Shown here one piece after another: positions 1-7,670 of a stretch of 36,865 bases of DNA. The stretch's first letter is position 1; the number at the start of each line of letters is the position of its first letter. The stretch is from the IMG/VR virus record IMGVR_UViG_3300036888_000010, positions 1-36,865 of that record; one strand, given 5' to 3'. A program made the position numbers and the translations under genes. This DNA comes from a virus. Its lineage: Duplodnaviria; Caudoviricetes. The notes beneath the pieces are model-generated. The model searched no databases. It was given only the letters and a program-made list of their open reading frames with translations, and was not told where the DNA came from.

Positions 1-133
1 GATGTCGGGAGGGTCTACTGTGTAGATAAATCAGATCCTGCGTTGAGAAAGTGGATTTGCGATGGGTGCAAGGATAATCGCCATGAGAAATAAATGGGAA
101 TTACGTACTTAATTCCCTTGGAGAAGTGAACGT

Positions 134-685
134 ATGAAACTCCGATTTTCCATGGACGAAGCCAACGCCGCTGCTGATGAGTGGGGCTTGAATTGTGGCC
201 CTGCAGCGGTCGCCTCTATTTGCGGACTTTCGCTGGCTGAGTTGCGGCCTCATTTGGGCGACTTTGAATTAAAGCGGTACACAAACCCTACTCTCATGGC
301 TCATATTTTGAAGAACATTGGCGCTAAAGTGATTGAGTTTGGCAGGCTCAATTGGCGATTCGAGATGGAGCGGACTGGTAGAGCGCCATGGCCTAGATAT
401 GGCCTTGCGAGGGTCCAGTGGGAAGGACCATGGACGAAAGATGGTGTGCCGATAGCCGCCCGCTACCGAGCTACGCATTGGGTGGGCGCAAGCTACGCAA
501 ACCAAGACAACATCGGAATCTGGGATGTGAATTGCCTGAATAACGGGACTGGATGGGTAGGACTTCATGACTGGACTAACACGCTGGTTCCGTGGCTCTT
601 GAAGGAACTTTATCCACGCGCAAGCGGCAAGTGGCACTTGACGCACATCATCGAAATCGAACAGCCAAGGGACTCAAGTATATGA
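134..685 (+). CDS. hypothetical protein, putative C39-like/papain-fold cysteine peptidase
   Basis: 183-aa ORF with NCGPAAVA (Cys) and THWV...IWD (His-x15-Asp); stop overlaps next start (ATGA 682-685). Confidence 0.6.
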   Translation: MKLRFSMDEANAAADEWGLNCGPAAVASICGLSLAELRPHLGDFELKRYTNPTLMAHILKNIGAKVIEFGRLNWRFEMERTGRAPWPRYGLARVQWEGPWTKDGVPIAARYRATHWVGASYANQDNIGIWDVNCLNNGTGWVGLHDWTNTLVPWLLKELYPRASGKWHLTHIIEIEQPRDSSI

Positions 686-1272
686 TTGCCACGAGGAATA
701 AATACACCAAGTGGACACCGGACCGTTTGGAGAAACTTCGGCACCTGGCGGCCGGCATGTCTATTCGAGATATTGCTGTGGAGTTCAGCACTACTCCTTG
801 CTCGATTTGGGCGATATGCAAAGAAAAGAAGATTCCCTGCGGCCGTAGATACCTCGCGTGGTCGCAAGAAAGGTGCGAAACCGTGAGAGCAATGGCGACT
901 GGCGGCTACACGAAGAATGAGGCTGCCAATCGGATCGGCTGCTCGATCGCGGCGGTTAAACGTGCAGCGTATCGTCTTGGGGTTCGGTTCAAAGGTAAAG
1001 GTGGGGCGCCTCGGCGGATCGACTGGGAGAAAGTTCAAGAATTGGCTGCTTCGGGGGTTTGGATCGCTCAAGCGTGCCGGCTACTGCAAATGCACCACTC
1101 GGCGGCGATTTACATCAGCAAGCAAATGGGGTTCAAGTGGCCGCTCCCGCCTAAGCAACGTCCCCGTTTGCTGCCAAGCCAGCGCATTGTTCGGCGGGAT
1201 CGCAAAGAGGATAGTGCTGTAGTAGACCGCATGATGGTGCTCGCGGAACGTTGCAGTGGGGGGGGCGCATGA
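682..1272 (+). CDS. multi-HTH DNA-binding protein (GcrA-like W-T-x-E/D-R repeats)
   Basis: Start moved to ATG 682 (ATGA overlap); KWTPDRLEKLRHLAAGMSIRDIA, AWSQERCETVRAMATGGYTKNEAANRIG and IDWEKVQELAASGVWIAQACRLL look like three HTH units. Confidence 0.65.
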   Translation: MIATRNKYTKWTPDRLEKLRHLAAGMSIRDIAVEFSTTPCSIWAICKEKKIPCGRRYLAWSQERCETVRAMATGGYTKNEAANRIGCSIAAVKRAAYRLGVRFKGKGGAPRRIDWEKVQELAASGVWIAQACRLLQMHHSAAIYISKQMGFKWPLPPKQRPRLLPSQRIVRRDRKEDSAVVDRMMVLAERCSGGGA

Positions 1273-1634
1273 AAGAGACGCCGATTATATTCAGCGCGCC
1301 GATGGTCAAGGCGATATTGGAAGGTCGAAAATCTCAAACTAGGCGCAGCGTCTACTCGGACCTCTGTCCCTGGGGCGTCCCCGGCGACCGGATGTGGGTA
1401 CCGGAGAGCTTCCAGAAGTGCGGCTGCGATGCCTGCCGTTTCGCGTGGCCAAAGAAGGGGCCGCATGGGATAGCAGCCTTCCGCGAAGGCTACCGCGGCC
1501 CAAGCTGCGCTGCGTTCACTCCGTCAATCTTCATGCCCCGATGGGCGAGCCGCATCACGCTGGAGATTACCGACGTGCGTTTGCAGCTCATGAGTCACTG
1601 GGTATGGGCATTGACGTTTCGGAGGATTGCATGA
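1269..1634 (+). CDS. conserved phage protein (ASCH/PUA-like)
   Basis: MKETPIIFSAPMVKAILEGRKSQTRR...PSIFMPRWASRITLEITDVR signature common in phages; ATGA overlaps at both ends. Confidence 0.75.
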   Translation: MKETPIIFSAPMVKAILEGRKSQTRRSVYSDLCPWGVPGDRMWVPESFQKCGCDACRFAWPKKGPHGIAAFREGYRGPSCAAFTPSIFMPRWASRITLEITDVRLQLMSHWVWALTFRRIA

Positions 1635-1840
1635 ACTTTCTATGGCGGTATCTATACCAGTTGAGCCGCGCCAAACTGCAGGCGAAGCGCGGCCCTCCCA
1701 TGGTCTGCTCGACCTGCGGCCTGTTGATTCACCGGCATGACCGTTTCCGCGTGCTGGAAGTCGTGCATATCAGCTGCCGCGATCTCGCCCTCCTAACAAA
1801 ACTATCCAAAGGCGGTCGGCCAGCTCAGTATTTCAAATAG
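1631..1840 (+). CDS. small hypothetical protein with CxxC...HxxC motif
   Basis: GGAGGA RBS and ATGA overlap at 1631; 69 aa with CSTC and HISC. Confidence 0.6.
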   Translation: MNFLWRYLYQLSRAKLQAKRGPPMVCSTCGLLIHRHDRFRVLEVVHISCRDLALLTKLSKGGRPAQYFK

Positions 1841-1854
1841 TTACCAAAGTTCTC

Positions 1855-1884
1855 TTGACAATAAGGGTTGAGATTAGCTAGGTT
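1855..1884 (+). promoter_or_regulatory. putative sigma70 promoter
   Basis: TTGACA-N18-TAGGTT in an intergenic gap. Confidence 0.5.
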
Positions 1885-1890
1885 GATTCT

Positions 1891-1964
1891 AGTTGCAGAG
1901 GAGTCCGAGGCGTGCGGTTGTAGCCAGGACTTAATAGTCAGCCTGACCTGCGTCCTCTGCAACT
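1891..1964 (+). other. structured leader or possible small RNA (long hairpin)
   Basis: Perfect 12-bp inverted repeat AGTTGCAGAGGA/TCCTCTGCAACT enclosing further pairings (GGT/ACC, CAG/CTG, GACT-TAAT-AGTC). Confidence 0.5.
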
Positions 1965-1975
1965 TATGAGGGACC

Positions 1976-2143
1976 ATGCTGAAGGCTTTTTCGAGAGACG
2001 ATCTTTGGCGCTGCCTGTGCGGTGGCGTGAACGAGGAGCGTGTTGTTACCTGCCAGGAATGCGGTAAGCGGCGCTGGTCGCAGCTTGGGGTCAGCCGAAA
2101 AGTGGCTCTGTGGCTCATCGGGCAGTTGCGTAAGGTGGCGTGA
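1976..2143 (+). CDS. 55-aa zinc-ribbon protein (RanBP2-like spacing); not in the ORF track
   Basis: GAGGG RBS; MLKAFSRDDLWRCLCGGVNEERVVTCQECGKRRW...KVA*; GTGA overlap with the next gene. Confidence 0.7.
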   Translation: MLKAFSRDDLWRCLCGGVNEERVVTCQECGKRRWSQLGVSRKVALWLIGQLRKVA

Positions 2144-2373
2144 TGGAAGACTGTGCGCTTTCAGATAACGAAGAGGTCGTCATGAAAACAACCTTCAAGG
2201 CCACGATGCTCCGTTGTGCTGACATTATCGACCATATGACAGATGACGACGTGTTAGCAAAACAGTTGGATCTGCTGCGAGAAGGAATGACTTTGGCTCA
2301 AGTATCCCGTCTCGATAGGGCTATGTTGGCGTCCGCTTGGTTTCGTTTATGTGCAGAAGGTAAGGTGGCGTGA
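2140..2373 (+). CDS. hypothetical protein
   Basis: 77-aa ORF coupled to its neighbours; true start may be internal. Confidence 0.55.
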   Translation: MMEDCALSDNEEVVMKTTFKATMLRCADIIDHMTDDDVLAKQLDLLREGMTLAQVSRLDRAMLASAWFRLCAEGKVA

Positions 2374-2634
2374 GTGATGGACAGGTCTTATCACCCATCA
2401 TTCTTCATTCAAGAGGAACTGGATGCCCGCGAATGGACTCTGCGCGATCTTGTATCTAGAATGCGTCGCTACGAGAGCGAAGAGGACTGGGATGTTAATA
2501 TGCTCGCATTTGAGATGTATATGACCATCCCAGATGTGCTTCTCAGTGAAGATATGGCGCGCGATCTGGGTGTAGCGTTTGGGGTCAGCAAAGAGTTTTT
2601 TTTGAATCTTGATGCCGCATGGAGGGCCTCTTGA
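2374..2634 (+). CDS. HigA-like XRE/HTH protein
   Basis: HPSFFIQEELDAREWTLRDL...LSEDMARDLGVAFGVSKEFFLNLDAAW matches the HigA antidote pattern. Confidence 0.7.
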   Translation: MMDRSYHPSFFIQEELDAREWTLRDLVSRMRRYESEEDWDVNMLAFEMYMTIPDVLLSEDMARDLGVAFGVSKEFFLNLDAAWRAS

Positions 2635-2653
2635 TTCTACGACGAGGAGCAGC

Positions 2654-3004
2654 ATGACTGAAATTACACTCACCCTGCCGCTGGTACCTCCATCGGTGAA
2701 CAACTATGTTCGTCACACACGTAAAGGCTTTCATTACCAAACCAAAGAGGCGAAGGCGTTCAAGGCCGCAGTCGGGATCTATGCGCGCGGGGCCAAAATA
2801 GACGCCAAGCGGTATGTGATCGATGCCGTTATCTTCCTGGGTAAGCGCGCGCGCGGAGATGCGGACAACTTCAACAAATGCATCGGGGACGGATTGGTAG
2901 AAGCTGGGGTGATCCATTCCGATGCCGCAGTCAAAGATTGGCGCGTGCGCGTGGATCGAGACTGGGCCAATCCGCGCACCGTTCTGACAGTGAGGGGAGC
3001 ATGA
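2654..3004 (+). CDS. rusA: RusA-family Holliday junction resolvase
   Basis: LTLPLVPPSVNNY...DADNFNKCIGDGLVEAGVIHSDAAV (DxDNxxK..D..D catalytic pattern); GAGGAG RBS before ATG 2654. Confidence 0.85.
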   Translation: MTEITLTLPLVPPSVNNYVRHTRKGFHYQTKEAKAFKAAVGIYARGAKIDAKRYVIDAVIFLGKRARGDADNFNKCIGDGLVEAGVIHSDAAVKDWRVRVDRDWANPRTVLTVRGA

Positions 3005-3225
3005 GAATGACTTACGACGATTGGAAGCTTGAATCGCCCGAAGAGGAAGAGTACCGCCTGTCCAACTGCCAGCGTCGAGAGAAATCTCGCGCCGAGTGGA
3101 TGGAAGAGCACGCTGATTATCTGCTTGAGGCTCGCCGCGAAGCCGAAGGCGAACATGACCGCGACTGGTATCAAGAGAACGATCCCCAATCGCTGGTCGA
3201 TTCGATCAGGGAGCATAACTCATGA
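3001..3225 (+). CDS. small acidic phage protein
   Basis: GAGGGG RBS; ATGA overlaps; MRMTYDDWKLESPEEEE. Confidence 0.65.
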   Translation: MRMTYDDWKLESPEEEEYRLSNCQRREKSRAEWMEEHADYLLEARREAEGEHDRDWYQENDPQSLVDSIREHNS

Positions 3226-3461
3226 GCCGGTCGACCATCCGAGACGACTCGCAGCGGGAGCTGCGGGAAGCGATGAACGGAGATGCTTGCTTAGCTCTGG
3301 AGATAAGCACTCTCGCTGCTATTTGCTGGTACCTTGAGCACGGATACGACAACGCAAAGATCGGGCGGGACGCGCTTGCAAAAGTTCTCCGTGTACTACA
3401 GAGGAAGTTGGAAAAAGCGCAAATGGCACTCGCTAACGCAGAGAAGCTGGAGGCGTTATGA
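3222..3461 (+). CDS. hypothetical protein
   Basis: 79 aa; ATGA overlaps on both sides. Confidence 0.6.
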   Translation: MSRSTIRDDSQRELREAMNGDACLALEISTLAAICWYLEHGYDNAKIGRDALAKVLRVLQRKLEKAQMALANAEKLEAL

Positions 3462-3649
3462 CCGCACAGGGACGTGAAGACCTGCAGCACATTCCGTTGC
3501 AATTTGCATACCTTTGTGCAGATTGTCATGCAATTGGCAACCACGCGCGCATCTGCCCGGCGTGCTCTAGCGGGGCCGTGTTGAGTCTGGCGACGGTTCT
3601 GAATCGGGAACTGCAAGCCATAGACGCCACGCCCATCCAGCAATCTTGA
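3458..3649 (+). CDS. small zinc-ribbon protein
   Basis: GGAGG RBS; CADC...CPAC. Confidence 0.65.
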   Translation: MTAQGREDLQHIPLQFAYLCADCHAIGNHARICPACSSGAVLSLATVLNRELQAIDATPIQQS

Positions 3650-3878
3650 CCGCCAAAACGCGCCTTCTGGTCTTGCGAAACTCAACGAGTTTCGTCAGTA
3701 TCTCTCCTATCGCGTGCTCCTCTGCAACACCCAGGCCCATAATGAGAGGCCCCAGTTTATCTTTCCCTCCCTCCTGATACCCCTTGCGGCCAGCATGATT
3801 CTGGCACGAGTCGCGGATCTCTTCAAGGAACAGCTCAAGGTCGCGCGTTACCTGCGACTGCGGGGATAATGCGTCCAT
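3567..3878 (-). CDS. hypothetical phage protein (last gene of the late operon)
   Basis: AAGGAG RBS; 103 aa; 3' end overlaps the convergent gene. Confidence 0.65.
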   Translation of the reverse strand: MDALSPQSQVTRDLELFLEEIRDSCQNHAGRKGYQEGGKDKLGPLIMGLGVAEEHAIGEILTKLVEFRKTRRRVLAVKIAGWAWRLWLAVPDSEPSPDSTRPR

Positions 3879-3887
3879 AACGTCTCC

Positions 3888-4196
3888 TTATGGCTGGGCG
3901 AGATAGGAAAGCAGACCCGGATTTTCTTGTAGGACCTGCAGCAGTATCGGTGTCACGCCAGTGACAAACTCTTCATCTGTGAACTTATCGCCACCGCAAA
4001 GAGTCGGATGCGTTAAGGCGTGCATGATCTCGTGGAGCAACACTTCCTGAGCCTTTGACCGGCGAAGGCGCGGCTGAACCGCCAGCCTGAGGCCATCCAT
4101 ATCGCAGTAGCCATTTGCGCCCGGCCGATACGCCCGCAGAACTGCGTAGGTGTGCGGACCTATCTTGATCGACTCCGGCATCGTGGGTTTGCGCAT
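3888..4196 (-). CDS. HExxH metallopeptidase-like phage protein
   Basis: MPESIKIGPHTY...EVLLHEIMHAL...EEFV. Confidence 0.75.
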   Translation of the reverse strand: MRKPTMPESIKIGPHTYAVLRAYRPGANGYCDMDGLRLAVQPRLRRSKAQEVLLHEIMHALTHPTLCGGDKFTDEEFVTGVTPILLQVLQENPGLLSYLAQP

Positions 4197-4198
4197 GG

Positions 4199-5077
4199 CT
4201 ACCTGCGAGTTGACAGCTTCCAGGCTGCCAGGTTCTTGAACGGCTGGAGAGAATGCACGCTATTGTCGAGAGCAATGCACGGATATTGCGGCTGCGTGAA
4301 GATCGAGAAGTATCGCTCAGCGTAGAGGGAGCCCACGTTCAGGCTTCCGGCCACCATAGAAAGCCGCTCTTTGGGCCCGTCGTAGTAGTGCATGAATGCA
4401 GGCGTGTGAATGTCTCCCATGATGGCGCATTCGCGGTCTACGCCCTGAAACCGCATGTACCGCTGGCCAGCGTGGCACGGGTTCATATAGGAATAGCCGC
4501 GAAACTTATGACTCACGGCAAAAGCGTAGGTTTGCTTTCCCACCGTAATATCGGCATGGCCGATCCCGTCGAAATACACGGCGCGTTTTCCCATCAGCCA
4601 TTTCATCACGCCGAAGCCGGCCTGCTTCTCCGTGCGCTCGTCGTCGTGGTTGCCCCAAGAGCAGAATGCAACTTTAGGCTCGATTTCTCGAAACCAGTCT
4701 TCCACAAACTGCATCTGTTTCTCGGGAGAGAAGATCTGGGCGCAGATTTCGGCAACGCTGCGCAGCTTGATAGCGAATTCCGCCAGGTCGCCGATGATGG
4801 CTATATAAATCAGCGGATCGGCCAGGATTTCTTCCGTCATGGTGCGGAAGATCTTATAATTCATGCCGCGCGCGCCGATATGCTGGTCAGAGAACGGAAG
4901 TAGACAAATCGGCCTCTTGCCGGAGCCGAGCTTGATCTTCGCGAATTTCTGCGAGACCGATGCGCGCCTGTAAAGCTCTTGCGTAGCCTCGGCGTGGGCG
5001 CACCATTCGCGCCACTTAAAGTCGGCTTTCTTCTTGTCCGAGACTACTTTGACTGCCACTGCGTCAGTTACTTTCAT
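4199..5077 (-). CDS. calcineurin-like metallophosphoesterase
   Basis: SDQHIG, IGDL, WGNHD, VSH and GDIH motifs; start moved to MKVTDA (5077). Confidence 0.85.
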   Translation of the reverse strand: MKVTDAVAVKVVSDKKKADFKWREWCAHAEATQELYRRASVSQKFAKIKLGSGKRPICLLPFSDQHIGARGMNYKIFRTMTEEILADPLIYIAIIGDLAEFAIKLRSVAEICAQIFSPEKQMQFVEDWFREIEPKVAFCSWGNHDDERTEKQAGFGVMKWLMGKRAVYFDGIGHADITVGKQTYAFAVSHKFRGYSYMNPCHAGQRYMRFQGVDRECAIMGDIHTPAFMHYYDGPKERLSMVAGSLNVGSLYAERYFSIFTQPQYPCIALDNSVHSLQPFKNLAAWKLSTRR

Positions 5078-5378
5078 TTTTGACCCTTCGCAATAACTCC
5101 GCGATTGCCTTCGGGTTGCCCCAGTAGCGAGCACCTCCGACGCGCGCGGTATAGGTCGGCAGCGATTCTGCGTATTCTTTCCCGCACGCCTTCATGTTTA
5201 GTTGGGAGCCTTCGATCTTGATCGCCAAGTCGCTATTCGTGAAGATCTCGTCTGCTGGCGCTTGATCGAGGAACGCCCTTATCTTTACTTCGGTTGGGCG
5301 AGGGTGACACAGATCAAACGGCTTCCCATTGAGCTTCAAGATTATCGCCATCGCGCTCCTCAACGGTACGAAAGTCAC
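5064..5378 (-). CDS. hypothetical protein
   Basis: 104-aa ORF with GTGA overlap upstream and a short overlap downstream. Confidence 0.55.
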   Translation of the reverse strand: MTFVPLRSAMAIILKLNGKPFDLCHPRPTEVKIRAFLDQAPADEIFTNSDLAIKIEGSQLNMKACGKEYAESLPTYTARVGGARYWGNPKAIAELLRRVKNESN

Positions 5379-5854
5379 CCTTTGCGCTTCACTAAATTGC
5401 CGACAAAGATGGGACTAAGGTGCAAAGTTTCAGGCGTCACGAGGTACGCATAGCCCGAAAGCACATTCAGCACCCTTTTGGCACCGAATACCATTAACAG
5501 GCCATCCGTGCAGAACTGCGAGCAGATAAATCGATTTGGTGACGTTAAAAATCTGGCCTTGAACAAAAGTCCCGCAATGTCGAGCAGGTTATACTTCACC
5601 CCGATCTGCGAGCGCGCCCATGTGAGCAAGGTGGCTTGCCGGGCGTCAGTGCAGGGGACTTCGTAGACATATTCCCTCGTTGGCACACAGTAAGTAGCAG
5701 GGCGTTCTCGAATTCCGCCATCCGAATGTGCGCCGATCCAGGTGCCTTCTGGAGTGCCAAACTCCACATGCTGAAAGAGCGATCCAGTAACATACCGGAT
5801 CGCCCTTCCAATAAAACTGCTGTCTGCAACGAATCGGACTCTGATACAGGCCAT
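5375..5854 (-). CDS. permuted papain-like NlpC/P60 (YiiX/YebB-like) hydrolase
   Basis: His before Cys: FQHVEF...SQIGVKYN...FICSQF...VTPETL. Confidence 0.75.
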   Translation of the reverse strand: MACIRVRFVADSSFIGRAIRYVTGSLFQHVEFGTPEGTWIGAHSDGGIRERPATYCVPTREYVYEVPCTDARQATLLTWARSQIGVKYNLLDIAGLLFKARFLTSPNRFICSQFCTDGLLMVFGAKRVLNVLSGYAYLVTPETLHLSPIFVGNLVKRKG

Positions 5855-6228
5855 TAAGCCGCCGTGGTAGTGCCGCAGGCAGGAATCGCGTTGAGGCTAG
5901 CGACGACCGCATTTACCCACGCGGTGATGGCGGTCGCTTGAGAGGCGCTCGGAATGCCCGAAGTAGCCGCATATTGCGCAAATACCGGCTCAATTGCAGC
6001 CACGACAAGCGCGAGCTTTTGCGCTCCCGTACCACTCTGCGCACCGGCAGCTACCGCAGCGGCTTCAGCTTTGGCAACTTCGGAAACGGTGAGGTTGTAT
6101 AGGGTAGCAATGCCCGGAAACGCAATGTCTACCAGGGGTTCTGCGGCCTGCGCCACGGTGATGGCCACGCTGAAGAATTTCTTCAGGCCGGTGCCGATGT
6201 CAGAGAGGATGGTACTCAAACTTGCCAT
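5854..6228 (-). CDS. Ala-rich lysis-region protein (holin-like or amphipathic)
   Basis: AAGGAG RBS; amphipathic/hydrophobic; GAQKLALV; lies in the lysis cluster. Confidence 0.5.
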   Translation of the reverse strand: MASLSTILSDIGTGLKKFFSVAITVAQAAEPLVDIAFPGIATLYNLTVSEVAKAEAAAVAAGAQSGTGAQKLALVVAAIEPVFAQYAATSGIPSASQATAITAWVNAVVASLNAIPACGTTTAA

Positions 6229-6239
6229 GTGAAACTCCT

Positions 6240-6506
6240 TTATTTGAGTTGAGCCGGGTCCACCGGCGTAGTAGGGTCCACCGGCGTAGTAGGGTGGGTC
6301 CTGTCCTTGCCCTGCGCTCCCATAGCTTGGCCGGTTAGCAAGCCGATACCGGCGCCAATCACGCCAGTTGCCGCGTCAGGGGCCACGCCGTAGACTTTGC
6401 AGGTCAGATCGAAGGCCATCCCGATGACAATGACCACAATGGCCACCCACGGAGTGTTAACGGAATTGAGAGCCGCTACAAGCTTCTGTAGCATACTGGT
6501 TTCCAT
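6240..6506 (-). CDS. putative holin (two transmembrane segments)
   Basis: WVAIVVIVIGMAF and AATGVIGAGIGLLTG hydrophobic stretches; near the endolysin. Confidence 0.55.
   Translation of the reverse strand: METSMLQKLVAALNSVNTPWVAIVVIVIGMAFDLTCKVYGVAPDAATGVIGAGIGLLTGQAMGAQGKDRTHPTTPVDPTTPVDPAQLK
6256..6295. repeat. 18-bp tandem duplication encoding PTTPVD x2
   Basis: GGGTCCACCGGCGTAGTA twice plus GGGT. Confidence 0.9.
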
Positions 6507-6539
6507 AGATGTTAATTCCTCCAGTAGCCCGCACTCTTT

Positions 6540-6797
6540 TCAAATTTGGACCGCACCGGAACGAATCAGGCTGATGAACTCGTCAAACGCTGGATTCTCG
6601 CTGAAGAATGCTGCTGCCCTTTCTTGCTTGGCGGCACGATCGGCGTGGAAGGCAGACTGTTGCTCCGCCTCTTCGCGCGCGGTGCGGCGTATCTGTCTGG
6701 GCGGTTCGCATTGGGTGTTGAAGGGTTGTTTCTCCGCTTTCGTTTCCCCTTGGCAGGCGGCGCCGTAAGCGTTATCGAAATTACTCGGATAGCTCAT
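6540..6797 (-). CDS. hypothetical protein
   Basis: AAGGAG RBS; 85 aa. Confidence 0.65.
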   Translation of the reverse strand: MSYPSNFDNAYGAACQGETKAEKQPFNTQCEPPRQIRRTAREEAEQQSAFHADRAAKQERAAAFFSENPAFDEFISLIRSGAVQI

Positions 6798-6825
6798 TCG
6801 TCTCCTTTGGGATACAGGCTAGATT

Positions 6826-7299
6826 CTACACCGCAACCGGCTCCGGCGCAATAGGCGTTCCTTTCCATAGGGTCAGTTCAGCTTGGCGGCGCTCTTTAAG
6901 CGCATAAACTTCCTGCTCCCTGCCCGCTACAAACCCATGATCCCAAAGGAGAAGCTGCAGGCCGACCAGCGCGTACTCTTTATTGTTGAGATCGCGCAAT
7001 AGTGTTGAATTCGCCAGCGCGCCGGGACCCAGGTTGAACACGAAGTCTACCAGCGCATCAAACTGGCCCTGAGTCATCGCCACATGCACCAAGCGGCCTA
7101 CTGCCCCTTCCGATGATTTTATGTCCTGCTCAAGCAGCATCACGGCAGTCGCTTCGGTGATGCCATGGTCGTATTGCTCGCCCGGCCTCAGCTTGTGGCC
7201 GTAACCGATAGTGGCATAACCGGCGACGTCACGATAGGGTTCCGCCCTGAAGCCTTCAGAGCGCTTGATGAGGTCGAGTCCCGCTTCGCTGATTTCCAT
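6826..7299 (-). CDS. endolysin, GH24 phage lysozyme
   Basis: EG...YRDVAGYATIGYGH (E-x8-D-x5-T triad), QGQFDALVDFVFNLG, RRQAE. Confidence 0.95.
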   Translation of the reverse strand: MEISEAGLDLIKRSEGFRAEPYRDVAGYATIGYGHKLRPGEQYDHGITEATAVMLLEQDIKSSEGAVGRLVHVAMTQGQFDALVDFVFNLGPGALANSTLLRDLNNKEYALVGLQLLLWDHGFVAGREQEVYALKERRQAELTLWKGTPIAPEPVAV

Positions 7300-7338
7300 A
7301 GTATAGGCCCTTTCATATTGTATTGCTCCGCTTGTACG

Positions 7339-7635
7339 TTACCAGTGCTTCGTCGCCACTAGCATTACCACGCTTTGAATAAGCCCAAAGGTGAACATTG
7401 CAAATGCTATAATTGACATCCCCTTATAGCGCAAGTTTTCAAGCGCCAACACGCGATCCGGCAACCCTGCAGTGTGCGATTGTATAAGCGCCACAGTTGT
7501 TTTTAACTCATTCACGCTCGTGTTGAGTAGGTGGACGCCGTCTAAAACTTGCGTAGCTTGAGCAGCCTGAAGCTCGTACAAGCGCTCCGCAAGATCATGA
7601 GCCCTGCCAAATTCAATGCTTGCCGGATCAGCCAT
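7339..7635 (-). CDS. coiled-coil protein with C-terminal transmembrane helix (lysis-associated)
   Basis: Heptad region followed by a C-terminal hydrophobic helix; directly upstream of the endolysin; alternative start at 7647. Confidence 0.55.
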   Translation of the reverse strand: MADPASIEFGRAHDLAERLYELQAAQATQVLDGVHLLNTSVNELKTTVALIQSHTAGLPDRVLALENLRYKGMSIIAFAMFTFGLIQSVVMLVATKHW

Positions 7636-7670
7636 AAAGCTCCGCATCCCCTTTCGTCATAGCCATAGCC

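Noticed and set aside
1-93. 3' end of an upstream gene (DVGRVYC...WICDGCKDNRHEK*)
   Set aside because: Plausible but too short and truncated to call
1891-1964. tRNA or Rho-independent terminator
   Set aside because: No cloverleaf, T-loop or CCA end, and no U-tract; kept only as an unclassified hairpin
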